From positions 34,534,001 through 34,598,000 of the forward strand of contig OZ024756.1 in assembly GCA_964016885.1 (NCBI GenBank): a stretch of 64,000 nucleotides of DNA. Direction: 5' to 3'. Below are positions 44,325 to 57,221 of this stretch, piece after piece; position 1 is the first letter of the stretch, and each line of letters begins with the position of its first letter. The position numbers and the translations under genes were made by a program. This stretch comes from Eledone cirrhosa. Lineage: Eukaryota. The notes beneath the pieces are model-generated. The model was not told the DNA's origin, did not search any database, and saw only the letters and a list, made by a program, of their open reading frames with translations.

Positions 44325-45625
44325 CTCTTTCTCTTAATTTCGAGTATTTTTTTTTTGACCGGTCACCTTCCTGGTGGCAAGGTTGTAAAAGAAAAGAAAT
44401 TGTCATCCCTTGAATCGCAAGAATGTTTTGCAAATTTTGAAGGTGCCAGCTATCGCAGCCATTTGTAGACTATGAATTAGGGAGCTGCGCTTTTTGTCCG
44501 CAAATCCAAGTTCAGTCATACTTTGGTCCAAGCGGGTTGGTATATAACCCGTAGCTCCAATAATGATGGGTATGAAGCTAAAGGTGTATCTTGGATACTG
44601 GATTTGTAAACTCCTCATCAATGGTCCATAGATGTCCTCCTTCTGTATTTTTCTGACAACGTTTACATCAAGTGGGCAGCTGATCTCCACAACAGAACAC
44701 GTTTTCAATGTGTGGTCCCAAACAACAATATCAGGCCGGTTGTGCTTTAATTTGATGGCAGTTTTTATTTTCAGGTTCCACCAGTATTCCTTAGTGCCAT
44801 CTGTCTCAATATATTCTTCCTCGTTTGTTGTTAATTTTGTTTTCCGAAGTGCGTTCCAGATGGTTCTAGCTATCCCATCGTGTCTCATGGGGAGGTAGTA
44901 GCGAGATGACATTCTTTCGCAGCTGGCAACAATGTGGCTTACATCCTCGATCTTTGTTTTACATAGCCTACATTTATTGTCAGCTGCTGGCCCTCCTCTT
45001 TTGTGCAGCAGATATTTGGTAGGGAGTTCTTGTTCCTGTATTGCATAGAGATATCCCTCAAGGTGTGATGTCATAAACTTGTCGGAACTCCATGCCAGGC
45101 TTTTTGAGTGGTTTATCCCCTCTATGGTCTGTGTTTTACGTCTCAAGTATCCATGCACAACTTTTTCTGTAAATTGGTCAATTTTTTTATCTTGTTTGAA
45201 CATTGAATAGGATCTTCCGATTTCTCTGGGTGAGAGATTTATATCAGGCTTTATTCCATATCGCTCCTCCAGATCAGTCGCTATTCTAATGATTTTTTTT
45301 TTTCATGCTCATAAACCTGGGCAAGATGGTTGCCAACCTTTTTCCTCTGTTGAAGGTGTTGCTTCAGTGTTACTATCCGGGTCTCATACATTGTTAATAT
45401 TGATTTTAGACCCCAGCCACCTTCCTTGCGTGAGAAGTATAGCCTATCCACATCACCATTGATGTTAAAGTTTCCAGTAACACTGAGAAGTTTGCCAGTT
45501 CTAACATCCATTTCACTTACTTCTTGCAATGACCAGTTCAGCAGGCCAAATGTTGGCGTTAGAATTGGCACAGCATAAGTATTGTGGGCAATGTATTTGT
45601 TGTACGCTGACAGTTCTGATGACTA
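44325..45625 (-). mobile_element. 5'-truncated non-LTR retrotransposon with restriction-like endonuclease (R4/Dong-like)
   Basis: RT-thumb motif DRLYFSRKEGGWGL, AIQEQ, CCHC knuckle CRLC..HIVASC, RHD, RPDIVV..VEISCP; frameshifted ORFs 45281-45571 and 44403-45203. Confidence 0.88.
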
Positions 45626-46112
45626 TGTATGTATGTATGTATGTATGTATACATGTTTATATGTATGTATGTATACATGTTTATATATATGTATGCATGT
45701 ATATATGTACATGTGTATGTATGCATGCTTATATGTATGTATGTATATATGTATGTATGTATATATGTATGCATGTATATATATATATTATATATATATA
45801 TTATATATATATGTATGTCCTATTAACAGTTTGACTTACTTTTTATTGCCAAGTGGTTTTGTTTGGTAATACCAACACAGATGAGGAATTTTTACAATCT
45901 TAAGACAGTTTGAGAAAAAAAATGTCTGATTTAGCACAAGGTCACCAATTTTGAATGAGTGGAAGGCAATTATATGGACCCATTTCATTACTGGTATTTT
46001 GTTTTACCAAGGAATTTGGCCTTGGCAGGATTTGAACTCAGAATATAAAGAGCTATAAACAAAGACCAGGAAATAACAACAACAACAACAGCAACTACTG
46101 CTACTGCTACTG

Positions 46113-46143
<31 letters not shown>

Positions 46144-46389
46144 ATCTGTTATATCATACATTTATTATTGCTTCTAGTCCCCACCCTCAGAATGACAATC
46201 GCCCCCTCCCACTTCACAGGGTGGGTTGGGGTATTGTCCCCTACATTTTCAAACTATACCCGTCCTCACCACACCCTGTCGTTCTCTCTCACTTGCTCCC
46301 ACCCCACAAGAACTGTTCCTACCCCCACCCCGCCATCCCTTCACCATAAACCTTCAACAAGTGTCCACCCTTCTTAGCGCATACCATTC

Positions 46390-46633
46390 TAATACTACTA
46401 CTACTACCACTACTACTACCACCACCACCACCACCACTACTACTACCACCACCACCACCACCACCACCACCACCACCACCACTACTACTACTACCACCAC
46501 CACCACCACCACCACCACCACCACCACTACTACTACTACCGCCACCACCACCACCACCACCACTATTACTACTACTACCGCCACCACCACCACCACCACC
46601 ACCACCACCACTACTACTACTACTACCACCACC

Positions 46634-46673
<40 letters not shown>

Positions 46674-46767
46674 TCACAACTACTACCACCACCACCACCA
46701 CCACCACCACCATCACAACCACCACCACCACCACCACCACTACTGCTACTACTAATACTACTACTAG
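46390..46767. repeat. (ACC/ACT)n trinucleotide microsatellite
   Basis: About 125 ACN triplets. Confidence 0.9.
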
Positions 46768-47077
46768 TGATGGGAGACAGACAGGCATACAGACACATAC
46801 ACAGACACACACAGACACACAAACAGACACACGCACAAACATATAGACATTTAGAGACAGCTACAGACATGCAGTCAATCTGACAGGCAGACAGCCTGAC
46901 AGACAGACAGATATAGGACCTTACTCAATCAACTTGACCCTGTTGTTCACATGACCTTTCTGTTTCCCCAAATATAGGATTGATTTACACACACATATAT
47001 ATACACACAAAACACACACACGCATACATGTATACATGCATATATGTATACATGTATACATACACACACATATATAT

Positions 47078-47144
<67 letters not shown>

Positions 47145-47148
<4 letters not shown>

Positions 47149-47340
47149 GACTTCTACAGGACTAGAACTGTTTCATTCAAAAGAAGTCATCAGAAAAGGA
47201 CTTTCCTGATGATTTCTTTTTCTTTACAGTGAAACAGTTCTAGTCTTGTAGAAGCCATTTCTATATTAAATTTTGTATATATTCTTCTAATGTATTGAGT
47301 ACTTCACTTACTGTGGTTACCCCCGATTGAACCCAGGTCT
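47145..47340 (+). mobile_element. Inverted-repeat element with hammerhead-like cores (family 3)
   Basis: Arms aatgacttctacaggactagaactgtttca / tgaaacagttctagtcttgtagaagccatt; CTGATGA..GAAAC on both strands; lies between (TA)n and (CA)n; second copy at 62729-62935. Confidence 0.6.
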
Positions 47341-47402
<62 letters not shown>

Positions 47403-47704
47403 AAGTATAACAATATATATATATATATATAAAAACACAAGTCTCATGTGGCAACCTCTTTGTGCTAGACTTGTTTAGGAAATGGTTATTTGATATCTTC
47501 CTCTGTAAATTGAAATTAACATCTTCAATGTAAATTGAAATACAGGGATTGTTGATTGTCAGAGTCATAAAAGTGAGAAGGTCAAGGAAAATCAAAGATT
47601 TAAGTATCGTTACATAGAATGTTGTAATCAAGAAATTATTAAATTAAATATTTTTATTATAAACGCTATTATTTTTAATGGGTACTATGCTAGTATATAT
47701 ATAT

Positions 47705-47965
47705 AAGTTCATGTATCTCTGGGCTGTATTCATGAGACGATGGAAGGGAGGAGGCTGAATTAAGTGCAAGAATTGCAGGAGCTGGTGCAGTAATACACCA
47801 GCTTCAGGATTTGGTAATTAAAAGAAGGGAAGTAGGTGTAAAAACCAAACTTGCTATCTTCAATTTGGTAATTGTGCCAACCCTTACTATGGTCATAGAT
47901 CTTGGGTAATGACTGAAAGAATACAATTGCGAATACAAGCGACCGAAATGGGGTTCCCCCAAAGG
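47705..47965 (+). mobile_element. RTE-clade LINE fragment (post-RT region)
   Basis: Frameshifted translation ...EAELSARIAGAGAVIHQL..KTKLAIFNLVIVPTL/YGHRSWVMTERIQLRIQATEMGF. Confidence 0.75.
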
Positions 47966-48225
47966 AAGTTCATCATTGTCCAACAGAGTTTGGTAATGAG
48001 ACTTATTGATGGAGTCTCAACATTCCTGGAACTTTTTGAACATTGGGATCTGGGACCAGATGATGGGTAAAAAGATCTCAAAGACTTATGTACACATGTA
48101 TATCATGACTCATACACTGCTCATTTTCCTGACCTTTGTACATTATTCTATGTACTATACATCCACCTTTGGTGAGTTGTAGTGCACCTGAGCACTGTAC
48201 ACAATAATTTCATTATCATTATTAT

Positions 48226-48412
48226 TGGCACTATCGGTAGAGGGTCGGACGCCATGCTTTGACGCATTGAGTTACGGCCCTTGCCATTCTGAGTTCAAAT
48301 CCCGGCGAGGTTAACTTCGCCTTTCATCCTTACGGGGTCGATAAAATAAAGTACCAGTAATACACTGGGTAATTACTGGCCTTGTGCCAAAAGTAGAAAC
48401 AATTATTATTAT
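48226..48412 (+). mobile_element. SINE family B
   Basis: Closely similar to the 35877 copy. Confidence 0.8.
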
Positions 48413-49294
48413 TATATATATATACACACACACATATACACACATATATACATACTATGTATATATATATATATATATATATCAATCTGTTTACTATAAG
48501 ATGTCTTCAATGACAGACCAATTCTTTCTCCTCCCCTTCGTTCCTCTACTCCCTTCTCCTTCTTCCTCACACCACCACCACCACCGCCGCCATCACTACT
48601 ACTGTACACCACCATGACCACCACTAACACCACCTCCACCACCACTATCACTACTGCTCTACACCACCACCATCAGCACCATCAACACCACCATCATGAC
48701 CAGCAGACCACCACCACCATCACTTTCTCCTGTTTCCCTATCACAAAGATAACAGACCCTGTCATTGACTGTTCACACATCCATCTTTCTCTTTCTCTGT
48801 CTGTCTGTCTCTCTTTCTCTCCCTCTCTCTCTCAGACTGTCTGTCTGTCAGCCTGTCTGTCAATCTGTCAGTCTGTCTCATTATCACATATCCATCACAC
48901 TCTCTTTTTCTATCTCTCTATCTCTATCTCTCTCTATCTCAGACTGTCAGCCTGTTTGTCTCTTTGTCTCACACACACATGCACACACACACATACACCT
49001 ACACACACACATACACACACACATACACACACAGCCACACATAGACACACACTTAGACACACACACACCTACATTGGTCATCTGAAGAGTGGGTGAGTTG
49101 AATTTTTACTGCTTCAAACTTTTCTTAGTTTCTATCACTTTCTTTCTTTCTTTCTTTCTTTCTTTCCTTCTTTCTTTAGTTCTTTCTTACCTTCTTTCTC
49201 CCCCTTTTCTTTCTTTCTTTCTTTCCTTCTTTCTTTCTTGTGTTCTGTTTTTTCTTGGGTGATGGTCATAGTGGGATGTATGTACTCTTATAGA

Positions 49295-49510
49295 AACACA
49301 CACACACATGCATTCATAACATATGCTCATACACACACACATGCATTCATAACATATGCTCATATACACACACACATGCATTCATAACATATGCTCATAT
49401 ACACACACACATGCATTCATAACATATGCTCATACACACACACATGCATTCATAACATATGCTCATATACACACACACATGCATTCATAACATATGCTCA
49501 TACACACACA
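49295..49510. repeat. Minisatellite, ~33-bp unit
   Basis: (ac)n atgcattcataacatatgctcat in tandem. Confidence 0.85.
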
Positions 49511-50214
49511 CATATGTATACAGATATATATTCACAACATATGCTCTTACATACACATATACATATATATATTATATATAAATATATATTCACAACATGC
49601 ACATACACACACACATTATATATATATATATATACATTTACAACATATGCTCATACGCACACATACGCACAAACACACACATACACACACACACATATAT
49701 ATATATGTCATCATCATCTCTTAATATCTGCTTCCCAAACTTGCATGGGTTAGACGGGTTGTCATGTTATGAGACAAGTCAGGTCAGGTGACCATATCTT
49801 GCTCATATAGATCTATATCTTAGTTTTGTTTCTACGGCTGGATGTCTTTCCTGATGCCAACCATGTTACAGTGTGGACTGAGTGCTTCTTCATTGTGTCA
49901 CCTGTACAACCACCTTACAGGGTGGACTGGGTGCTTTTTGTCATGTCACCAGTATGAGCACCTTACAGAGTGAACTGGGTGCTTTTTGTCATGTCACTAG
50001 CACAACAACCTTATGTGGTGGACTGGGGGCTTTTTGTTGTGTTACCAGCATGTCACTAGCACCAACCATCTTACAAGGTAGACTGGGAGTCTCATTTCAT
50101 GTTACCAACATGACCACTTTACAAGGTGGACTGGGTATATATATATATATATATAGAAAACAGACATTAAATGATGGTGATGATGGTGATGATGATGATA
50201 TATATATATATACT

Positions 50215-50252
<38 letters not shown>

Positions 50253-50419
50253 GGAACGAGTAGGACCCCGACGGCTGAGCTCAAGCCGTTTCGACGGCTA
50301 ATTCTGGGCTAAAATTAGCCGTCGGGGTCCTACTCGTTCCTATTACCCACTCTACTACCCTAAGTATTGAGTACTTTGGTGCGTTATGGTCCACCTGGTT
50401 CCTTACCACATTTCCTTCG

Positions 50420-50453
<34 letters not shown>

Positions 50454-50471
50454 TCATCATCATCATCATCG

Positions 50472-50516
<45 letters not shown>

Positions 50517-50704
50517 TTTTTATTGATTTTTCCCTGGATTTCACTAAATTCTGTTTGATGAATCTATATCCTGATTCTTTTTGAATTGAGTTTGAATTAT
50601 TTTTCCCACATCTTACGTTAACTATTTTCCCATTTTGATGCTATAGTCACTTATATATTATGGAATACTGTTGGCTTCTTGCTACAATAATTTCTATACT
50701 TTTC

Positions 50705-50746
<42 letters not shown>

Positions 50747-51041
50747 TGCAAGCATGAAAAAATAGATGTTAAACAGTGATGTTGATAAATATATATAAAT
50801 ATATATATGCAGAGGTTATATTTAATTTGTTGGGATTCAACAAGCTTAAACATTTTTATAACTGATATAAAGCACTCAACAATTTAGTGGAGTAAATACA
50901 CAAAATATTAATAAATGGAAACTATATTTATAAAACCATATTTATTTTATTATACATATTTCAAGGAAGCTCCAGGAAGCTCCAACCGTTAAGGTTGTCT
51001 TTTTTCCGGGTATGTCAATATTTATTTATAAAACAAATCTG

Positions 51042-51107
51042 TATTTTATCTGATGAAAGTGCACCATAATTTGCTTTGGTTGCCCTTGAAATATGTATAA
51101 TAAAATA
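51042..51107 (+). ncRNA. Type-I hammerhead ribozyme motif (second family)
   Basis: TATTTTAT-CTGATGA-AAGTGCACC..GGTTGCCCTT-GAAA-TA-TG-TA-TA^ATAAAATA: 8-bp stem I, imperfect stem II, near-palindromic stem III, AUA triplet. Confidence 0.7.
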
Positions 51108-51401
51108 AATATGGTTTTATAAATATAGTTTCCATTTATTAATATATTGTATAAATATATATATATATATATACACTTATACCTACATGTGATATATATT
51201 TATCAAAAAACCTAGTACACCTATGAGTCCACCAAGAGAGGGAGCTAACAGTAGAGACTATTACTTCTATTGAACACAATGTACAGCTTAACCCAGATAT
51301 ATCAGACATTCTAAGATATCTAATGTCCCCGTTAGTAGTCTTTGATGACTTTCATATGATACACACTTCTGTTACTAGTGTGGTAAGACGAAAATCATTG
51401 C

Positions 51402-51468
<67 letters not shown>

Positions 51469-51490
51469 CATATATATTCATATATATGTA

Positions 51491-51552
<62 letters not shown>

Positions 51553-51567
51553 CATATATATTCATAT

Positions 51568-51602
<35 letters not shown>

Positions 51603-51644
51603 CAGACACACATATATATCACCATCAAAATTTAACACCCTTAA

Positions 51645-51684
<40 letters not shown>

Positions 51685-52467
51685 CGATGACGATGATGAT
51701 GATGATGCGGATGACGATGGTGATGGTGATGGTGATGGTGTTGATGGTGGTGGTGGTGTTGATGGTGGTGGTGGTGGGGTGGGTTTTGGGTGATGATGAT
51801 GATGATGATGACACATGCACACACACACAAATAGACACACATATATACATATATAAGTCTATATATGTATATAATACCCTATTACATTTGTATGCTTGGC
51901 ACTTTTATATGTGTGTGTGTGTGCACATGTGTGCACATGTGTGTGTATGTAGGCATGTGTGTTTGCCCATGCACATATGCATATGTGTGTATGTGTATAT
52001 GTATGTGTGTGTATGTGTATCTCCATCATCATTTAATGTCCTCATGATGGATGTGTTGTCACACACCCAGTCAGTATTTAATTGGAGCTGCTGATCTCTG
52101 AGATGGGGTGAGGAACCACTTCTCTCTTATGTAAGTTTCATCCATTTTACAGACTGCATTATGGTACCAGCCTTTAGAACAAGGTCGAGCAGATGGAAAA
52201 AGTTATTTATTTTCTTCGTTATGTAATCACTCAGTTCTTTGTTGCCAAAAGTGGATTCTAAAGGTTGACAGAACATTGACACAACTGAAAAGTCTTCTCA
52301 ATCCTTATGTTTTTGCCTTTTACAGAGTGTACTGGGTGCATGTAACTGTGGCACTAGCAATAAGAAGGCTGTTGAGACATTAACACAACTGAAGAGTCCT
52401 TTCAACCCTTATGTCTCAGTCTTTTACAGAGTGTACTGGATGCATGTTATTGTGACACCAACATTAA

Positions 52468-52689
52468 CCCTTTAGCATTCACATTACTCTATATATACTA
52501 TTATGTTTTCACATTACTCTATATATACTATTATGCTTTACCTCACATAATATCGAATCTATGAGATTTTGAAAGTATTTATTTTGAGAACAATACCTTA
52601 ACATCAGTTTGAGCGACCAGTTACAGCCAGTTTCAACAGAAAGAGGTAGAGAATTCTGGCCGGTTTTGGCCGGTTTGAACATTAAAGAG
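52468..52689. mobile_element. piggyBac-like MITE (same family)
   Basis: TTAA-CCCTTTAGCATT start, TTAAAGAG-TTAA end, internal duplication. Confidence 0.7.
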
Positions 52690-53343
52690 TTAAGAAGGCT
52701 ATTGAGACATTGACACAAAAGCAGACCTGTCGACTCTCTCACTTTAGGGTGGGTGAGAAATATCTTCTCTTGTGAATATGGGTATAGTTTTCATTATGTA
52801 AAATCTCCCCATTTTGCCTCATTTCTCCCCATTTTGGAGCACTTTATTTTCATGGTACTCCCTGTTTGGGTTTTTAGAGGTTGGCAGGTCTGCAACTGAA
52901 GAGTCTTTTCAACCCTTAAGAACACCAGCCACTTTACAGAGTGGACAGGGTGTGCTTTATCAAGACACCGGTACAATGTTGTGCCCCCAGATTCAAATAA
53001 GTACCCCATATCCCAGCATTTTGTAAGAGGCAGCTAAAAAGGGTTGGCTCTAGGAAGGGCAACTGGTTGTAAATAACCCCATGATAATCATGAAGCTTTT
53101 CATGGGGCCTGAAAACCTAATCCCTGCTTTAGGGTTGGCCTTAAAGCACGTGCTGTTGTATATGTGTATGCACAGATGTTTATGTGTGTGTGTGTATATA
53201 TATATATGTGTGTGTATATACATGTGTGGTTATTTGTTTCTTTGTGTGTGTGGTGTGTATGTAAATAGGGTATACAGATCTATGTGTTTATATATATATT
53301 TGTGTGTGTATGTGTAGTGTATACAGGTATATGTGTTTATATG

Positions 53344-53384
<41 letters not shown>

Positions 53385-53541
53385 GTGTGTAGTGTATACA
53401 GGTATATGTGTTTATATATATATATATATATATATATAAACACATAAACTTGTATACACTACACCTACACAAGGGTATACCACATTGAAATATATATATA
53501 TATATGTGTATGTGTGTGTAGGGTACACAGGGCTATGTGTT

Positions 53542-53579
<38 letters not shown>

Positions 53580-53877
53580 CATGTGTATGTGCATATGTCA
53601 TTGACTACAATAAAACTATTAATTGTCAGACAGCTTTAAGAACATAATGGTAATAATAATAATGATATTGGTGACAACAATGAGGATAATGCTACTTAAT
53701 AACATACTTAGCCTTCTTTAATTACTAGTTTGGATAATCCATACGAACCCTCGATTGGAGATTATCATGACGGGGAGGAGGAGGAGGGGGGGGGCAGAGA
53801 TTACTTATCAAGGGAGGGTGAGAGTGGGGAGAGGAAGAAGGTTATGAAGGGGTGTCTTGTTCTTTTAGCAATACCAG

Positions 53878-53949
<72 letters not shown>

Positions 53950-53966
53950 ATGTATTTATATACAGT

Positions 53967-54300
53967 AGGCACATGGCTTAGTGGTTAGAGCATTGGCCTT
54001 GCAATCGAAAGGTTGTGAGTTCAATTCTCAGACCAGGTGATGTGTTGTTTCCTTGAGCAAGGCACTTTATTTCACATTGCTCCAGTTTACTCAGCTGTAG
54101 AAATGAGATGATAGGGACTGGGGTCCCTATCATTCCACTGGAAAGTGGTCGTGGAGGTGCCACGGCAAAAAAGCACCCAGCACTCACTGTAAATGAGGTT
54201 GGTGTTAGGAAGGGCATCCAGCTGTAGAAATCAAGCCAGAATCAGTTCCCGTCTCACCCTTGCAAGCAGGGAAAAAGCGGACGTAAAATGAAATGATGAT
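53967..54300 (+). mobile_element. tRNA-derived SINE family A (CORE-like body, (ATG)n tail)
   Basis: A box TGGCTTAGTGG, B-box-like GTGAGTTCAATTC, ccttgagcaaggcacttt..ctgtagaaatg, internal hairpin, (ATG)n tail; closely similar to the 43976 and 38956 copies. Confidence 0.85.
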
Positions 54301-54332
54301 GAATGATGATACATGCATATACATACACACAC

Positions 54333-54366
<34 letters not shown>

Positions 54367-54399
54367 GTGTGTATGTGTGTATGTATCATCATTCATCAT

Positions 54400-54430
<31 letters not shown>

Positions 54431-54719
54431 AATCTGTACTCCAATGTTACTAGGTAGTCGCATTGGATGGAGTCAACTGACGTCGGAGATTGTTCAACGT
54501 ATAATAAAATATAATAAAATATGCTTTAAAATCCGGAGAAAATATGAAGAAGAAGTTTATGAAACGGAAATGCGGGTATAAAGAATTTACTAGGTAACAA
54601 TTGTTTCTATAGTGTGTGGGTTATATATATATATATAGGGTGATCTGATGTCTCTGGGGCAGTAGTACTCACATTGCTTTATTCTCATAGCTCGCTTTCT
54701 CTGTCACTGACCAACACAT

Positions 54720-54955
54720 GTGGTGCAATGGGAGAAAAGTGCTGGCTGTTTGTTTCTGTGTGTGTGTGGGAGGGGGGGATCCCTCATGCCACCACACAAT
54801 ATACAGTACACAGAATACAAAGTTCACCTCCTCCATCTTTTGTCTAACACACGTGGGCATGCCTACAAAGTCAGAAAACAGCACAGCTCCCATGACTTTC
54901 GGAAACATTTTTTCACGCTTAGAGTTGCTGAAGTATGGAACAAACTACCTGTTGA
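54720..54955 (+). mobile_element. CR1-clade LINE ORF2 3' fragment
   Basis: NTRGHAYKVRKQHSSHDFRKHFFTLRVAEVWNKLP, a typical CR1 ORF2 C-terminus; interrupted by a SINE. Confidence 0.75.
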
Positions 54956-55280
54956 TCTGAGTTCAAATCCCGCCGAGGTTAACTTTGCCTTTCATCCTTA
55001 CGGGGTCGATAAAATAAAGTACCAGTAATGCACTGGGTAATTTGCTGGCCTTGTGCCAAAAGTAGAAACAATTATTCTATGTACTATAAGGTGGTGGATT
55101 GGCAGTATCGGTAGAGGGTCGGACACTATGCTTTCCAGCATAGTTACGTCCCTTTATGATCTGAGTTCAAATCCCGCCGAGGTTGACTTTGCTTTTCATC
55201 CTTACGGGGTCGATAAAATAAAGTACCAGTAATGCACTGGGTAATTGCTGGCCTTGTGCCTAAAGTAGAAACAATTATTC
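54955..55280 (+). mobile_element. Tandem SINE family B (partial + full)
   Basis: Two head-to-tail copies, each followed by ttctatgtactata. Confidence 0.8.
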
Positions 55281-56578
55281 TATGTACTATACTTTGATGA
55301 GTTGTAGTGCACCTGAGCACTGTACACAATAATTTCATTATTATTATTTATTATTATTCCTAGAATTGCCATTGTTTTCCTCTGCCAAATCAAGAGTGGG
55401 GGGGGGGGCATCTTTCCTGAGGAAGGAGGCCCCCCATGAGGTGGAATGGCAGATGTAGTGGGAGTTGCTGGCTGTTCCTCCATAATAATGCTTTTACCAC
55501 CTTGTCCATCACAGGGACGGTGGCTGAGATGTACCATCAAACCAAAAGTATATAGTTTACCCCCACCCTTTCCTTTTTTCCTTCCATCTTCTTCTTCTTC
55601 TTCTTCTTCTTCTTCTTCTTGCTTTCACCCCAGTACCTGGAAACATATCACTGTGTATTGTATTATCCTGTGACCCAGTGACCTATAAGTACCAGCTGAC
55701 CTAGTCAGATTGTTCTAGTGGTCTACTAATTAGACAGCAGTATCTAATTAGCTACTGCTAATAGGGATTCACCAGAATATAGAACAACAACAAAATAATA
55801 ATAATAATGATGAAGGTTTCTGATTTAGGCACAAGGCCAACAGTTTGGGGAAGGAGGGAAAAGTCGATGAAATCGACCTCAGTGTATTACTGGTACTTTA
55901 TTTTATCGACCATATAAAGATGAAAGGCAAAGCTAACTTCGGCAGGATTTGAACTCAGAATGTAAAGGGTCGTAACTATATGCAGCAAGTGCTCCTTCTT
56001 GGCTTTTCCTTGATCTAGGACTGTAGCTCCATCAAGGAAACCAGTTGGGGAAACACATATCTGGTGAATAGTGACCACTCCTGTTCACCACGAAGGAAAC
56101 ATTGGATATGTTGTAGCTTCAGCACATGTTTGTGTTTTATCAACTGTGGTATATCCAGTCCTCCACACAGTAGATATTAACAGCAGGTGGACTGTCTGAC
56201 CATTGGAAGGCATCTCTTCCACAAAAGCCCAAAGAGCATACGTTCCATTGCAGTCAGACATGAACCGGGGCAAGACTCTGACCAGCAAAACATCCCTTCC
56301 ACAAAAAACAAAAGAGTAGACACTCCATTGCAGTCAGATACAGACTAGGGCAAGGTACTGACAGTCAGGTGTTAAAAGTCACTTACCCAAGGTGACGCCA
56401 CAGAGAGGAAATGAATCTGAAACGAGTGAACTTTTTAGCCACACAGCCATATGTGTACAATTACATGATGTAATTACAAAAGAATTTATATTCAAACCTG
56501 TTAACTAACAACCAGGTGTAAATCTATTTATTCAGTATTCTCTGCTCTATTTATAAACATAACATGATTTCATTTTAA

Positions 56579-56799
56579 CCCTTTAGCATTAACATTACTC
56601 TATATTTACTATTATATTTTTGTGGCAAAGGCTTTATCTTACATAATTATCTTACATACTATCAACTCAACGAGATTTTGATGTTATTTATTTTGAGAAC
56701 AATACCATAACATCAGTATGAACAGTTGGTTATAGCCAGTTTGAACAGAAAGAGGTGAGTGAATTCTAGTCGGATACAGCCGATTTAAATGCTAAAGGG
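56579..56799. mobile_element. piggyBac-like MITE
   Basis: TTAA-CCCTTTAGCATT...AATGCTAAAGGG-TTAA (TTAA duplication, CCC/GGG ends); related copies at 52468-52689 and 19639-19860. Confidence 0.8.
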
Positions 56800-56962
56800 T
56801 TAAACAACATTTTATATCAATTTTATAAAAATAGTTTTAGCTGTTGAAATGGCAAGGGCTCAGCTATCAGGTCCCGACCCTTTATAATATAGTCATACTA
56901 CCCCAAGTATTGTGTACTCTATTGGGTAATGGTCTAAGTAGTTTTAATCTGGTTCTAACCTC

Positions 56963-57067
<105 letters not shown>

Positions 57068-57221
57068 GGGATACTATTTATGGTTATGTATATATTAAAA
57101 CTTTTTATAGTTATGTATATTTTAAACCCTAAACAGTGAAGGTCAGTAATTTATTACTACCTTATTACCAGTAAGATAAATAGCTCAATGTAATAACATC
57201 AGTTGTTCTACAGAACAGTTT

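Noticed and set aside
46226-46870. Poly-Thr (mucin-like), poly-Val and poly-Gly ORFs
   Set aside because: (ACC/ACT)n microsatellite; no convincing splice sites or unique coding flanks.
49080-49125. CTGAAGA...CAAAC possible hammerhead
   Set aside because: No GAAA, weak stem II, no stem I; chance match or too decayed.
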